A stretch of DNA of 64,000 bases, taken from the NCBI GenBank assembly GCA_944390355.1, contig CALXPT010000001.1, forward strand, positions 175,507 to 239,506, read 5' to 3'. The number at the start of each line of letters is the position of its first letter. The first letter of the stretch is position 1. The position numbers and the translations under genes are program-made. Positions 28,931 through 37,769 of the stretch are shown here, in pieces. The notes under the pieces are model-generated. The model saw only the letters and a program-made list of their open reading frames with translations, searched no databases and had not been told where the DNA came from. Source of the DNA: an uncultured Alphaproteobacteria bacterium. GTDB lineage: Bacteria; Pseudomonadota; Alphaproteobacteria; RF32; CAG-239.

Positions 28931-29574
28931 TAATCAGAAATCCTTGTTTTGGTTAAGGTAAAAACAGATATGTTATTATACCCGTTTTCCTTTAAAGCAT
29001 CCACATAAGCTCTCAACGTATTTCCACTATCAAAAACATCGTCAAAAATAAGATAATTATTATCCTTATTCAACAAAGAATAACGGATTGAAAGAGAATT
29101 TTTAACTTGTGCATATTTATCTTGTTCATCAATATTTTTAATCTGTTCTATATTTGTGGTATCCAAAGCATTAAATAAAAATTGTTTATTAAAAGTTTCT
29201 GATATTCCTTTGGCTACTTCAAATACAGGTTGAAAAGGACGAGCCTTATTAGATGGTGGAACTATTAAAATTGTATCTATGTTTGCTATAAATTTCTTAA
29301 AATCTTCCGAATTTGATAACAATTCAAGAATCCTTGTTACAGCAGAAAGATTATAACGATATTTTAATTGGTAAACCAAATTCCCCATTTCAGTTCTTTC
29401 TGTATCAAATTTACCAACTCCATTTGAGTATTCTTCAACGAGCACACTTCTTAATGTATGTTTATCGTATGCAAAACCTAAATTCCAAGGACCATATAAT
29501 GCAATCATATTTGAATTCTCCGAGTAATTTCTTTCAGTATACATATAAAAAAAATAAAAGCAATATTTACACAA
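28930..29574 (-). CDS. Phosphoribosyltransferase (type I PRTase) domain protein
   Basis: 214 aa. PRPP-binding motif YLIFDDVFDSGNTL (compare VLLVDDVLTTGSTL in the housekeeping comF-like gene at 48170). Confidence 0.65.
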   Translation of the reverse strand: MCKYCFYFFYMYTERNYSENSNMIALYGPWNLGFAYDKHTLRSVLVEEYSNGVGKFDTERTEMGNLVYQLKYRYNLSAVTRILELLSNSEDFKKFIANIDTILIVPPSNKARPFQPVFEVAKGISETFNKQFLFNALDTTNIEQIKNIDEQDKYAQVKNSLSIRYSLLNKDNNYLIFDDVFDSGNTLRAYVDALKENGYNNISVFTLTKTRISD

Positions 29575-29627
29575 GTATTATACAGTATGATTAGTTTAAT
29601 GAAATAATTCTAATTTTCGACTTAATT

Positions 29628-29791
29628 TCTTAAAATCGTCATAGAAATTAGTCCGATAATTGCATAGTATCTCGCACCATTTTTAAGATAGCACCTTTTA
29701 AGGTGCTTTTTTGCTATATAAACCAAGCCTTTCATTCAGTCCGATTTTATATATTTTGAAATTAGCGATTTTTGTAAACTTATCGGACTTT
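29628..29791. repeat. Inter-cassette repeat element copy A (140-bp core with TIRs AGTCCGATAA/TTATCGGACT, GCACCATTT core, internal hairpin+T-run, third AGTCCGAT half-site)
   Basis: Core 29650-29789. Conserved upstream CTTAAAATCGTCATA. Copies at 31729-31868, 34206-34565 (with 221-bp insert), 36345-36598 (truncated). Confidence 0.65.
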
Positions 29792-29910
29792 GAATGAAAA
29801 AAAACAATTTCTAAGATTTTTTTATTGCATAAAGGTGTGCGAAAATTAAAAATATAAATAGATAAATGCATTTTTTTTAATATAATAAATAATATTTAAT
29901 AGTCTGTTGG

Positions 29911-30807
29911 ATGATGATAGAAGAAAACGTTAAAAATATTTTTAAGAAAAATTTCTTACCATTTTATGAAGAAAGCAATGGTGAGTTGTTTTTGGGTGAC
30001 TGCATACAAAATATGAAAAAAATCAAAGACAATACTATTGATTTAATTTTTGCAGATCCTCCATATTCTATAAAAAAAGCCAAATGGGATACATTCAAAA
30101 GCAGAGAAGAGTATATCAAATGGTCCATAAAGTGGATTAAAGAAGCTCATAGGATATTAAAAGATACAGGAAGCCTTTATATTTGTGGATTTTCTGAAAT
30201 TTTAGCAGACCTTCATTTTCCTGCAATGAAGTATTTTAAAAATTCTCGTTGGTTAATTTGGTATTATAAAAACAAAGCTAATCTAGGAAAGGATTGGGGG
30301 CGAAGTCATGAAAGTATCATGTGCTTAAGAAAGTCAAATAATTATACTATTAATATTGAGAATATTCGTATACCTTATAATGCTCATACATTAAAGTATC
30401 CGGAACGTTCTCAAGCTACAAGTAGTCAATATGGAAACGGAAAAAAATATGATGGCTGGTCACCCAATCCTGCAGGTGCAAAGCCTAAAGATGTCATTGA
30501 AATTCCAACAACATGCAATGGAATGGGCGAAAAAACGCCTCATCCGACACAAAAACCTGAAGAATTGTTAAGAAAAGTCATTCTTGCTTCTTCTAATGAG
30601 AATGATATCATTTTGGATCCATTCTCAGGCAGTGGAACAACTGCTGTTTGTGCAAAACAGCTAAAGCGCCGCTGGATTGGTATTGAACAATGTCCGGAAT
30701 ATCTCGAATGGTCAATAGCTCGCTTAAAAAAGGTTCCTGATAAAAATATTGAAGACTGGATTAAATATGATAAAGATGTTTCAAAAAGAAGGGAAGCTAT
30801 TAGATGA
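29911..30807 (+). CDS. N6-adenine/N4-cytosine DNA methyltransferase (beta class)
   Basis: 298 aa. DPPY catalytic motif (FADPPYS) followed later by AdoMet motif DPFSGSGTT. Confidence 0.85.
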   Translation: MMIEENVKNIFKKNFLPFYEESNGELFLGDCIQNMKKIKDNTIDLIFADPPYSIKKAKWDTFKSREEYIKWSIKWIKEAHRILKDTGSLYICGFSEILADLHFPAMKYFKNSRWLIWYYKNKANLGKDWGRSHESIMCLRKSNNYTINIENIRIPYNAHTLKYPERSQATSSQYGNGKKYDGWSPNPAGAKPKDVIEIPTTCNGMGEKTPHPTQKPEELLRKVILASSNENDIILDPFSGSGTTAVCAKQLKRRWIGIEQCPEYLEWSIARLKKVPDKNIEDWIKYDKDVSKRREAIR

Positions 30808-31691
30808 AAACACTATGGGAAATTATGTCTTGGGTATCCCAAAAAGAAAAATTTACAAATATCAAAGACTATATTAATTTTGCAAAAGTTTATTTAGAAT
30901 TCATTTCCTCAGAACTACAGGCTGAGATTGTTGCTAAAAACGAAAATAATTATAAATTTTTGCAATATAGAAGAGATGGTGAATATAATATCACCAGACC
31001 AATTAATGGAAACTTATTTATGAGTTCTGATAAATATGATGAGTTTTCAAAGAGATTTATTGAAATATTAAATAATATAAAAAATATTAAACATGACTTT
31101 GCATTAAGAAACGATATTAATAGCTTTATTTATACAACGCAACAATCTATTGGTTGCGCCTTAGATGCTCTTCCTTCGTCTAAAACAAATACATCAAGAA
31201 AAGTTAATGGAGATTTATTTGAAAGATTAATGCAGCTTATCATTGCTCAATTAGGTTTTGATATAACATCTGAAACTTTGGGAGTAAAAATTCCTCAATC
31301 AAATGAAATAATGAATTACCAAAATGATATAGAAATCAAAATTAAAGGAGAAATTGTTGCCATTGGCTCTGTCAAAACTTCAAGTAAAGATCGAATAGAT
31401 AAAATTTTTCTTGATAAACTAATGTATAATAGACTAACGGCTACAGAAACGCCTCATTTTGCGATTTTTTTACATGATGTTCAACGAGCTGGAAAAGAGC
31501 CCGAATATAAAATAGGTCAAACATTTTTAACAGGACACTTTAAGGCCTATACAATAGGTTTAAATCCCCTTGATGGAGTATATTACTGTGATTTACGACC
31601 GATTATGAAAACAGATAACTTATTGAAAAGACATATTCAATCTTTAGATTGTCTTCTTTGTCAAGATATATGGAATTTTGTTTCTAAATAA
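30804..31691 (+). CDS. Putative Type II restriction endonuclease (PD-(D/E)xK-like)
   Basis: 295 aa. Overlaps MTase stop. Candidate D...DIEIK motif. Confidence 0.45.
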   Translation: MKTLWEIMSWVSQKEKFTNIKDYINFAKVYLEFISSELQAEIVAKNENNYKFLQYRRDGEYNITRPINGNLFMSSDKYDEFSKRFIEILNNIKNIKHDFALRNDINSFIYTTQQSIGCALDALPSSKTNTSRKVNGDLFERLMQLIIAQLGFDITSETLGVKIPQSNEIMNYQNDIEIKIKGEIVAIGSVKTSSKDRIDKIFLDKLMYNRLTATETPHFAIFLHDVQRAGKEPEYKIGQTFLTGHFKAYTIGLNPLDGVYYCDLRPIMKTDNLLKRHIQSLDCLLCQDIWNFVSK

Positions 31692-31728
31692 TTTTCTTAC
31701 TCAAAAGCTTAAAATCGTCATAGTTTTT

Positions 31729-31868
31729 AGTCCGATAATTGCACGGTATCTCGCACCATTTTTGATAATGCACCGATTTAGGTGCTTTTTTTGTATATAT
31801 TCCAAGCCTTTCAGAGAGTCCGATTTTTGAGTTTTTAAAATTAGAGATTTTTGATGAATTATCGGACT
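31729..31868. repeat. Inter-cassette repeat element copy B
   Basis: Same TIRs, GCACCATTTTT core, hairpin GCACCGATTTAGGTGC+T-run. Extra AGTCCGATAAAA half-site at about 31915. Confidence 0.65.
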
Positions 31869-32055
31869 TTTTGTGCAAACGCTAAGAAAATCAAGCTTTT
31901 TAGCATTTCAAATTCTAGTCCGATAAAATTTAATATAAACAATCTCTCAAACGAACATTTTTAGAACATTATTGTTGATTTTTAACTTTTTTACTTTATG
32001 ACTTGTAATAAGTATGGTAATTTTCTTAATAGAATCACTGTTAATGAGTTGAAAT

Positions 32056-32895
32056 ATGAAAAAAAATAACTTGGTCGTTCCTTTTGTTAAATGGGCTGGT
32101 GGTAAAAGGCAATTACTTCCAGAACTGATAAAACGTGTTCCGAAGTTTACTACATATTGTGAACCTTTTGTCGGAGGTGGTGCGCTGTTCTTTTATTTAC
32201 AACCGAAAAAAGCCATTATTAATGATTTTAACAAGGATTTAATTAATACTTATATCACAATACAAAATGATGTTGAATCGCTGATACAGCATTTATCCAC
32301 TTACAAAAATGATTCTGAAAGTTACTACAAAATAAGAGAGTTAGATAGAACACCTTTATTTCATAGAATGTCTGCTACAGAAAAAGCTTCCCGACTTATT
32401 TATCTTAATAAGACATGTTATAATGGACTATTTAGAGTCAATAGTATGGGTGAATTTAATTCTCCCTTTGGAAGTTATAAGTCTCCGAATATTGTCAATG
32501 AACCAACTCTTCGTGCTATTCATAATTATTTTCAAAATGCAGATGTTACATTTCTTAGTGGGGATTTTGAAGCAGCTGTTAAAGGATTAAAGAAAGGAAC
32601 ATTTGTTTATTTTGATCCTCCTTACGATCCTGTTTCCGCATCTTCAAATTTTACAGGTTATACTAATCTTGGATTTGGAAAACAAGAACAGAGAAGATTA
32701 AAAGAAGTATGTGACGAATTAAATGCAAAAGGTATTAAATTTTTGCTGTCTAATTCTGCTACTGATTTTATTTTAGACCTATATAAAGAATATAATATTG
32801 AGAAGATATCCGCTAAAAGAGTTATAAATTCCAATGCTAACAATCGCGGTAATGTTGATGAGGTTTTAATAAGAAACTATGACGAAAATAAATAG
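32056..32895 (+). CDS. Dam-like N6-adenine DNA methyltransferase (alpha class)
   Basis: 279 aa. N-terminal FVKWAGGKRQLL and DPPY motif. Confidence 0.85.
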   Translation: MKKNNLVVPFVKWAGGKRQLLPELIKRVPKFTTYCEPFVGGGALFFYLQPKKAIINDFNKDLINTYITIQNDVESLIQHLSTYKNDSESYYKIRELDRTPLFHRMSATEKASRLIYLNKTCYNGLFRVNSMGEFNSPFGSYKSPNIVNEPTLRAIHNYFQNADVTFLSGDFEAAVKGLKKGTFVYFDPPYDPVSASSNFTGYTNLGFGKQEQRRLKEVCDELNAKGIKFLLSNSATDFILDLYKEYNIEKISAKRVINSNANNRGNVDEVLIRNYDENK

Positions 32896-34159
32896 TTATT
32901 GGAACAATATTTTTGAAAAATATAAAATATTAGATCAAATTGATAAAGACGGAAAATTTGAAATTTCAGCAAGTCAGATAAATGAGTTTAAAGAAGCTCG
33001 TCTTATGACGAAATTTGATAATGCATCTCAATTGCCGCGAATTTTTACGGAAAATGAATTATCAATTTTACCGATAACACGCGGTAACTATGTAATTGCT
33101 CCGATGGATATTTTTCACAAATTTCCAATGATTGAATCTTCGAATGAAATTTCGTATTTTAATTTTCCTGATAATATACAAACATTATTGCCGGATAATA
33201 TCAATAGTGAATCTTTAGCTTTAAATGCTGTTTATATTTCAGAAATTTTAGAAGATTTTATACAAGATGAAAAATTATTGCCTACCATTAATGGTAGAAT
33301 GTCATCATCATTATTTAATTTTAACATTAAAAACACAAAAACGGAAAAAATCTTAAATATAAATGTAAACAATGCACAGATAGAAATAGATGCAGGTTAT
33401 GAAGGTGTAGAATCTTTTTCTATTATTGAAGCTAAATCGCATTTTGCTGATGACTTTGTTATTAGGCAACTATATTATCCTATGCGTCTATGGTCTAGTA
33501 GGGTAAGAAAAAATATTAAAACCATATTCATGGTTCATACTAATGGGATTTACTATTTGTATGATTTTAAATTTAATGACTTAAATAATTATAATTCATT
33601 GACTTTAAATAAATTCAAGAGATATAGCTTTGATAAATTGGAAATTAATATTGAAGACATCGAAAAGATAGTCTCAAATACGCATTTAGTAAATGAACCG
33701 CAAATTCCTTTTCCTCAGGCTGATAGTTTTGAACGTATTATAAATTTATGCGAACTATTAAATCAAAGAGAGTTAACAAAAGATGACGTAACAATGGAAT
33801 ATGGTTTTGATAAAAGGCAAACAGATTATTATTTAAATGCGTGCAAATATTTAGATTTGGTTGAAGAAAGAGATAGTAAATTTTTATTATCATCAACGGC
33901 AAGAAGAATAATGCAACAGTCGCCAACAACAAAACAGTTAGCTTTTGCAAAGCAAATACTGAGTCATCCTGTTTTTAGTGAGGTGTTGAAAAAACAATTG
34001 GAAACAGGTAAAGTTTTATCAAAACAACAAATAATTGATATAATGAAGAAATATCCTTTATTTAATGTAAAAACATATAACACTTTTTATAGAAGATCAT
34101 CAACCGTAAGCTCTTGGATTGATTGGATAACTTCATTGACATCAAATACTACTGTTTAA
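32879..34159 (+). CDS. Putative Type II restriction endonuclease partner of the Dam-like MTase
   Basis: 426 aa. Overlaps MTase 3' end. Candidate IEIDAG...IIEAKS PD-(D/E)xK motif. Confidence 0.45.
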   Translation: MTKINSYWNNIFEKYKILDQIDKDGKFEISASQINEFKEARLMTKFDNASQLPRIFTENELSILPITRGNYVIAPMDIFHKFPMIESSNEISYFNFPDNIQTLLPDNINSESLALNAVYISEILEDFIQDEKLLPTINGRMSSSLFNFNIKNTKTEKILNINVNNAQIEIDAGYEGVESFSIIEAKSHFADDFVIRQLYYPMRLWSSRVRKNIKTIFMVHTNGIYYLYDFKFNDLNNYNSLTLNKFKRYSFDKLEINIEDIEKIVSNTHLVNEPQIPFPQADSFERIINLCELLNQRELTKDDVTMEYGFDKRQTDYYLNACKYLDLVEERDSKFLLSSTARRIMQQSPTTKQLAFAKQILSHPVFSEVLKKQLETGKVLSKQQIIDIMKKYPLFNVKTYNTFYRRSSTVSSWIDWITSLTSNTTV

Positions 34160-34205
34160 TTAACTCCAGATTATATGCCAACTGCTTAAATTCATCATAG
34201 TTTTC

Positions 34206-34565
34206 AGTCCGATAACTGCATAGTATCGCGCACCATTTAACACAAAAGCCTCCGTTTGGGGGCTTTTGTGTTAAATGCATGAACGCTATTGAAGCGGACT
34301 TACGGGGGCAGAGTAAGTCCGGAGCGGGTAGTTGGTGAAAACAAGTGTAGAGCTTTAGCGAATAGCTTAGCGAAACACGAAGTTTGAACCTTACGGCGCG
34401 AAAGGGACCCGTTGGCTCAAAGCCAATGGGAATATACATTCTTATCGGCGGCACCATTTTTAGAATGCACCGATTGAGGTGCTTCTTTTATATATATTCC
34501 AAGCCTTTCCAAAAGTCCGATGTTGAGAATTTTTAATTTGATAATTTTTGTAAACTTATCGGACT
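34206..34565. repeat. Inter-cassette repeat element copy C, interrupted by a 221-bp segment that ends with a copy of the tRNA-Thr 3' end (attR-like)
   Basis: TIRs at 34206-34215 and 34556-34565. Insert flanked by GCACCATTT direct repeats (34230-34238 and 34451-34459). ATTCTTATCGGCGGCACCATTT at 34438-34459 equals tRNA 21072-21093. Confidence 0.65.
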
Positions 34566-36232
34566 TTTGTATGATTATCTAAGAACTCAACAAAATCTTT
34601 CGCTTGTTCCGGCGTTACATTTTTATTTTCATATTTTTGCGGAGGATAAAAGTTTTCTACTAGAGATGTTGGCGCTCTCTTGATATTTCCCCAATATGGA
34701 GCTTTACCGCTTAAATAATCATAAACACTCATTCCTTTTGAATCTTTCAGATTTATGTTCGCCCCTTTTTCTACCAGATATTTTGCTATATCCAGATGTC
34801 CTTCTTGCACGGCATACATCAAGGCCGTACGTTCTCCATTTGCAATGCAAATATGTTCCCAACAATTATTATCTTCTAAATTTCCCTTCTTTGTTTGAGC
34901 ATTGATATCCGCTCCGGCTTCAAGCAAAATTTTTACGCTTTCCATAAATCCATATTGAGCTGCATACATTAAAGCTGTTTTGCCAAATTCATTTTGAGCA
35001 TTGACATCCGTATTTAAGCCTATGCAATTCAATTTTTTTTCATTATTAGGGCAAGCTTCAATCAATACCTTTAATGCATCCGGTCGGTGTATGCTTACCA
35101 TTAAAATTTCATCTTTTTGATCCGGCGTTTCAGGTTCTGTAAAGACTTCCCCTTTTATTTTCTTATTTTCAATCCACGTTTTAATTTCCTGAACAGGAAC
35201 TCCTGAAAAAATCTTATAACGCAACGTGTCTTCATCAACAATAGAACTCTGTGCTGCCATTGGAATCATCGTGTAACGAGCATAAGAGTAAGCTTTTTCT
35301 TCAGAAACCTGAAATGTTTTTACATAATGTTTTGTTAGTTTCTCAACAGCTTGATTAAAGCCTATTCCATGTTTTATAACTTCATCAAAATATTTATAAT
35401 TCGGATATGATTCCATTGCCCATGCTTCAAGAGGCAAAGCTTGCAAATATTTTTGATCCGGATAATAACGACGCTCAAAGTTCCAATCCGGATCATAATG
35501 GCTTAAAATATTTTCATAAATATTTTTTGCCATATAAACATAACGTATTGAGCCTGGGTTATAAAATTCGAGTTCTCGTTGAATATAGTTATAATATTCT
35601 TCAACATCTGCTGGAAATTCATATTGAGGATACTGACTGCAATCTGAAATATCTAAAGTTTCTGCACCGTGACCACCACCAGCACTATCTAAAATAGCTG
35701 TTAAATGCAGTTTTTGTGCTGTTTTGCATGGGACAACAATTTTCCATGGAACATAACGCATATTTGTACTTTGCTGGTTCCATATATTGAAAAATTTTGA
35801 AAAATTAAACACTCCTACTTCTATTAAACAACTTAAATCTTTGTAACATTTCATATAATCATTCTTGATTAACTCTTCATTTTTATGCTGATACATTCTA
35901 TAAAACGGAGAATCAGGAACAACTTTTTCATATTGTGCAATGACATCTGTATGTAAGCGATGAGCTATTTTCTCAAATTCTGGCGTATTTACTTTTTGAG
36001 GTTCATATATACTAAGCAATATTAAATATTCGATAGCCGCAGAGTTATTTTTATCTGCTAATTTTTTTAAGTCTTTTATGGCTTGTTGGGGATTATCTTT
36101 TATATGTTTTACAATATTTTCATACTGTTTATCAATATCTTGTTCTATTTGTTCAGCTGTAACAAGAGAGGAGAAAAAAAGAAATGCAAAACAAATCATA
36201 AAAATTATTTTTTTAGCTCGAAACAAAATCAT
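34556..36232 (-). CDS. Secreted ankyrin-repeat protein
   Basis: 558 aa. Signal peptide. At least three ankyrin repeats (GKTALMYAAQYGFMESVKILLEAGADINAQ; GERTALMYAVQEGHLDIAKYLVEKGANINLKD). Confidence 0.8.
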   Translation of the reverse strand: MILFRAKKIIFMICFAFLFFSSLVTAEQIEQDIDKQYENIVKHIKDNPQQAIKDLKKLADKNNSAAIEYLILLSIYEPQKVNTPEFEKIAHRLHTDVIAQYEKVVPDSPFYRMYQHKNEELIKNDYMKCYKDLSCLIEVGVFNFSKFFNIWNQQSTNMRYVPWKIVVPCKTAQKLHLTAILDSAGGGHGAETLDISDCSQYPQYEFPADVEEYYNYIQRELEFYNPGSIRYVYMAKNIYENILSHYDPDWNFERRYYPDQKYLQALPLEAWAMESYPNYKYFDEVIKHGIGFNQAVEKLTKHYVKTFQVSEEKAYSYARYTMIPMAAQSSIVDEDTLRYKIFSGVPVQEIKTWIENKKIKGEVFTEPETPDQKDEILMVSIHRPDALKVLIEACPNNEKKLNCIGLNTDVNAQNEFGKTALMYAAQYGFMESVKILLEAGADINAQTKKGNLEDNNCWEHICIANGERTALMYAVQEGHLDIAKYLVEKGANINLKDSKGMSVYDYLSGKAPYWGNIKRAPTSLVENFYPPQKYENKNVTPEQAKDFVEFLDNHTKVR

Positions 36233-36344
36233 GTTATGTCCCTCTAATTATATCATTAATTTTAGCTTAGATTGAAAACATTAAAATTTTATTATGATAA
36301 GTTTTAACTTTCCTTATTATTTTCTTAAAATCGTCATAAAAATT

Positions 36345-36598
36345 AGTCCGATAACTGCATAGTATCGCGCACCATTTAACACAAAAGCCTCCGTTTGGGG
36401 GCTTTTGTGTTAAATGCATGAACGCTATTGAAGCGGACTTACGGGGGCAGAGTAAGTCCGGAGCGGGTAGTTGGTGAAAACAAGTGTAGAGCTTTAGCGA
36501 ATAGCTTAGCGAAACACGAAGTTTGAACCTTACGGCGCGAAAGGGACCCGTTGGCTCAAAGCCAATGGGAATATACATTCTTATCGGCGGCACCATTT
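36345..36598. repeat. Repeat element copy D (left TIR + 221-bp segment + second tRNA-Thr 3' end copy); island right boundary
   Basis: 36320-36600 is identical to 34180-34460 (about 280 bp). ATTCTTATCGGCGGCACCATTT at 36577-36598. Degenerate half-site AAGTCCGAT at 36652. Confidence 0.65.
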
Positions 36599-36726
36599 TT
36601 GATATTTCCGCCTAAATGGTGGATTTTTTTATTTTTAAATAAATGCTTGTCAAGTCCGATTAATTTATTATTTGACTTTAACAAATACTATATGTAGGGT
36701 ACTAAATATAGAGCACGGAGAGGACT

Positions 36727-37131
36727 ATGAAAAAATTAGTTATTATAATATGTTTATATTGGTTATCTGGTTGTGCAACTGTTATGAGAGATAGTAGTCA
36801 GATTGTTCCCATTCAAGCAAATGTAGATGATGTTGATATAGAAATAACAAATTCAGATGGTGCTACTGTTTATAGAGGTAAGACACCTACAACTATTTGG
36901 CTGAAAACAGCAAAAAAAGGTTATTTTAGTCCTGAAACATATTATGTAAAAGCATCAAAAAATGGTTATGTTACGCAATACACGACAATTAATTGGCATA
37001 TTAGCAACTGGTATTGGTTTGGGAATTTAGTTTTTGGTTTTATCGCAGGATGGTTCTTTGTCGACCCATTAACAGGCAAGATGTATTATTTGGATGATAT
37101 AGCAACTATTAATATGCCCCCAAGCTCTTAA
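36727..37131 (+). CDS. Hypothetical lipoprotein
   Basis: 134 aa. Lipobox LSGCAT. Confidence 0.5.
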   Translation: MKKLVIIICLYWLSGCATVMRDSSQIVPIQANVDDVDIEITNSDGATVYRGKTPTTIWLKTAKKGYFSPETYYVKASKNGYVTQYTTINWHISNWYWFGNLVFGFIAGWFFVDPLTGKMYYLDDIATINMPPSS

Positions 37132-37292
37132 TACATATCATTTGAATAATTTTTTATCTTATTTTGAAAAATGTTTCGATATTTGTTCATATATATATTT
37201 TTTATTTTTTCAAAACAAACAACCTCTTGATAACTTGTCCGGCGTTAAGCTTGGGGGCAAATTATGCAAGAGGCTGTTTAGTATTTACACCA

Positions 37293-37673
37293 TCACACCA
37301 GAAGTATTTTTTCTTTCAGCACCAAGCGGAGGAAAGAATACATCAGGAATGGATAGAAAACGGCAGAATATTCTTTGTAGATGGAAATAACCAAGAGTGC
37401 CGTATCGGCAACGGTATTTTCATCTATTGGAAAATGGTCTATTTTTTGGATTGAATCCATAATACTTTTGACTAACTTCCAATAATAAATATGCAAAAAA
37501 GGCTGACGGTCAATATTGTTGAGTTGCGCATCTTGTCTTTCTAACAACTCTGAAATTACTTCATATTCTTTAAAATAACTATTTTGCTTTACCTTTTGTG
37601 CGATTTCATCTTTGCTTAGCAGCACAGAATGAAAATTTGTGTTGATGATTTGTAATAAATATTCTCTGTCCAT
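37293..37673 (-). CDS. Hypothetical protein
   Basis: 126-aa ORF. Weak support. Confidence 0.3.
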   Translation of the reverse strand: MDREYLLQIINTNFHSVLLSKDEIAQKVKQNSYFKEYEVISELLERQDAQLNNIDRQPFLHIYYWKLVKSIMDSIQKIDHFPIDENTVADTALLVISIYKEYSAVFYPFLMYSFLRLVLKEKILLV

Positions 37674-37769
37674 AATTCATAATTTTTAGGGTGAAACATA
37701 ATAATTTATTTTACGGTCTCCTATATCCCAAGATTAAAAATTTGTCAATATTTTTTAATTCTTGTTCTT

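Noticed and set aside
34149-34457. 102-aa minus-strand ORF (and its twin 36267-36596, 109 aa) lying entirely within the 280-bp repeat/attR segments
   Set aside because: It reads through a 15-bp-stem hairpin and the tRNA 3' end copy, has no SD, and its identity between copies is explained by DNA duplication. Most likely non-coding att/repeat DNA.
34239-34459. 221-bp conserved segment ending in ...GGCGGCACCA considered as a tmRNA/tRNA-like ncRNA gene
   Set aside because: The 3' end is a copy of tRNA-Thr (no G3:U70 Ala identity element), there is no foldable T-arm upstream, and no tag-peptide reading frame with a typical hydrophobic ending (best frame gives ...ANSLAKHEV*). Better explained as the attR arm of the island.
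21016-36660. Possibility of a CRISPR array among the many repeats
   Set aside because: Repeats are 140-280 bp elements or 27-bp palindromes at irregular spacing flanking genes, not short regularly spaced direct repeats with unique spacers. No cas genes seen.
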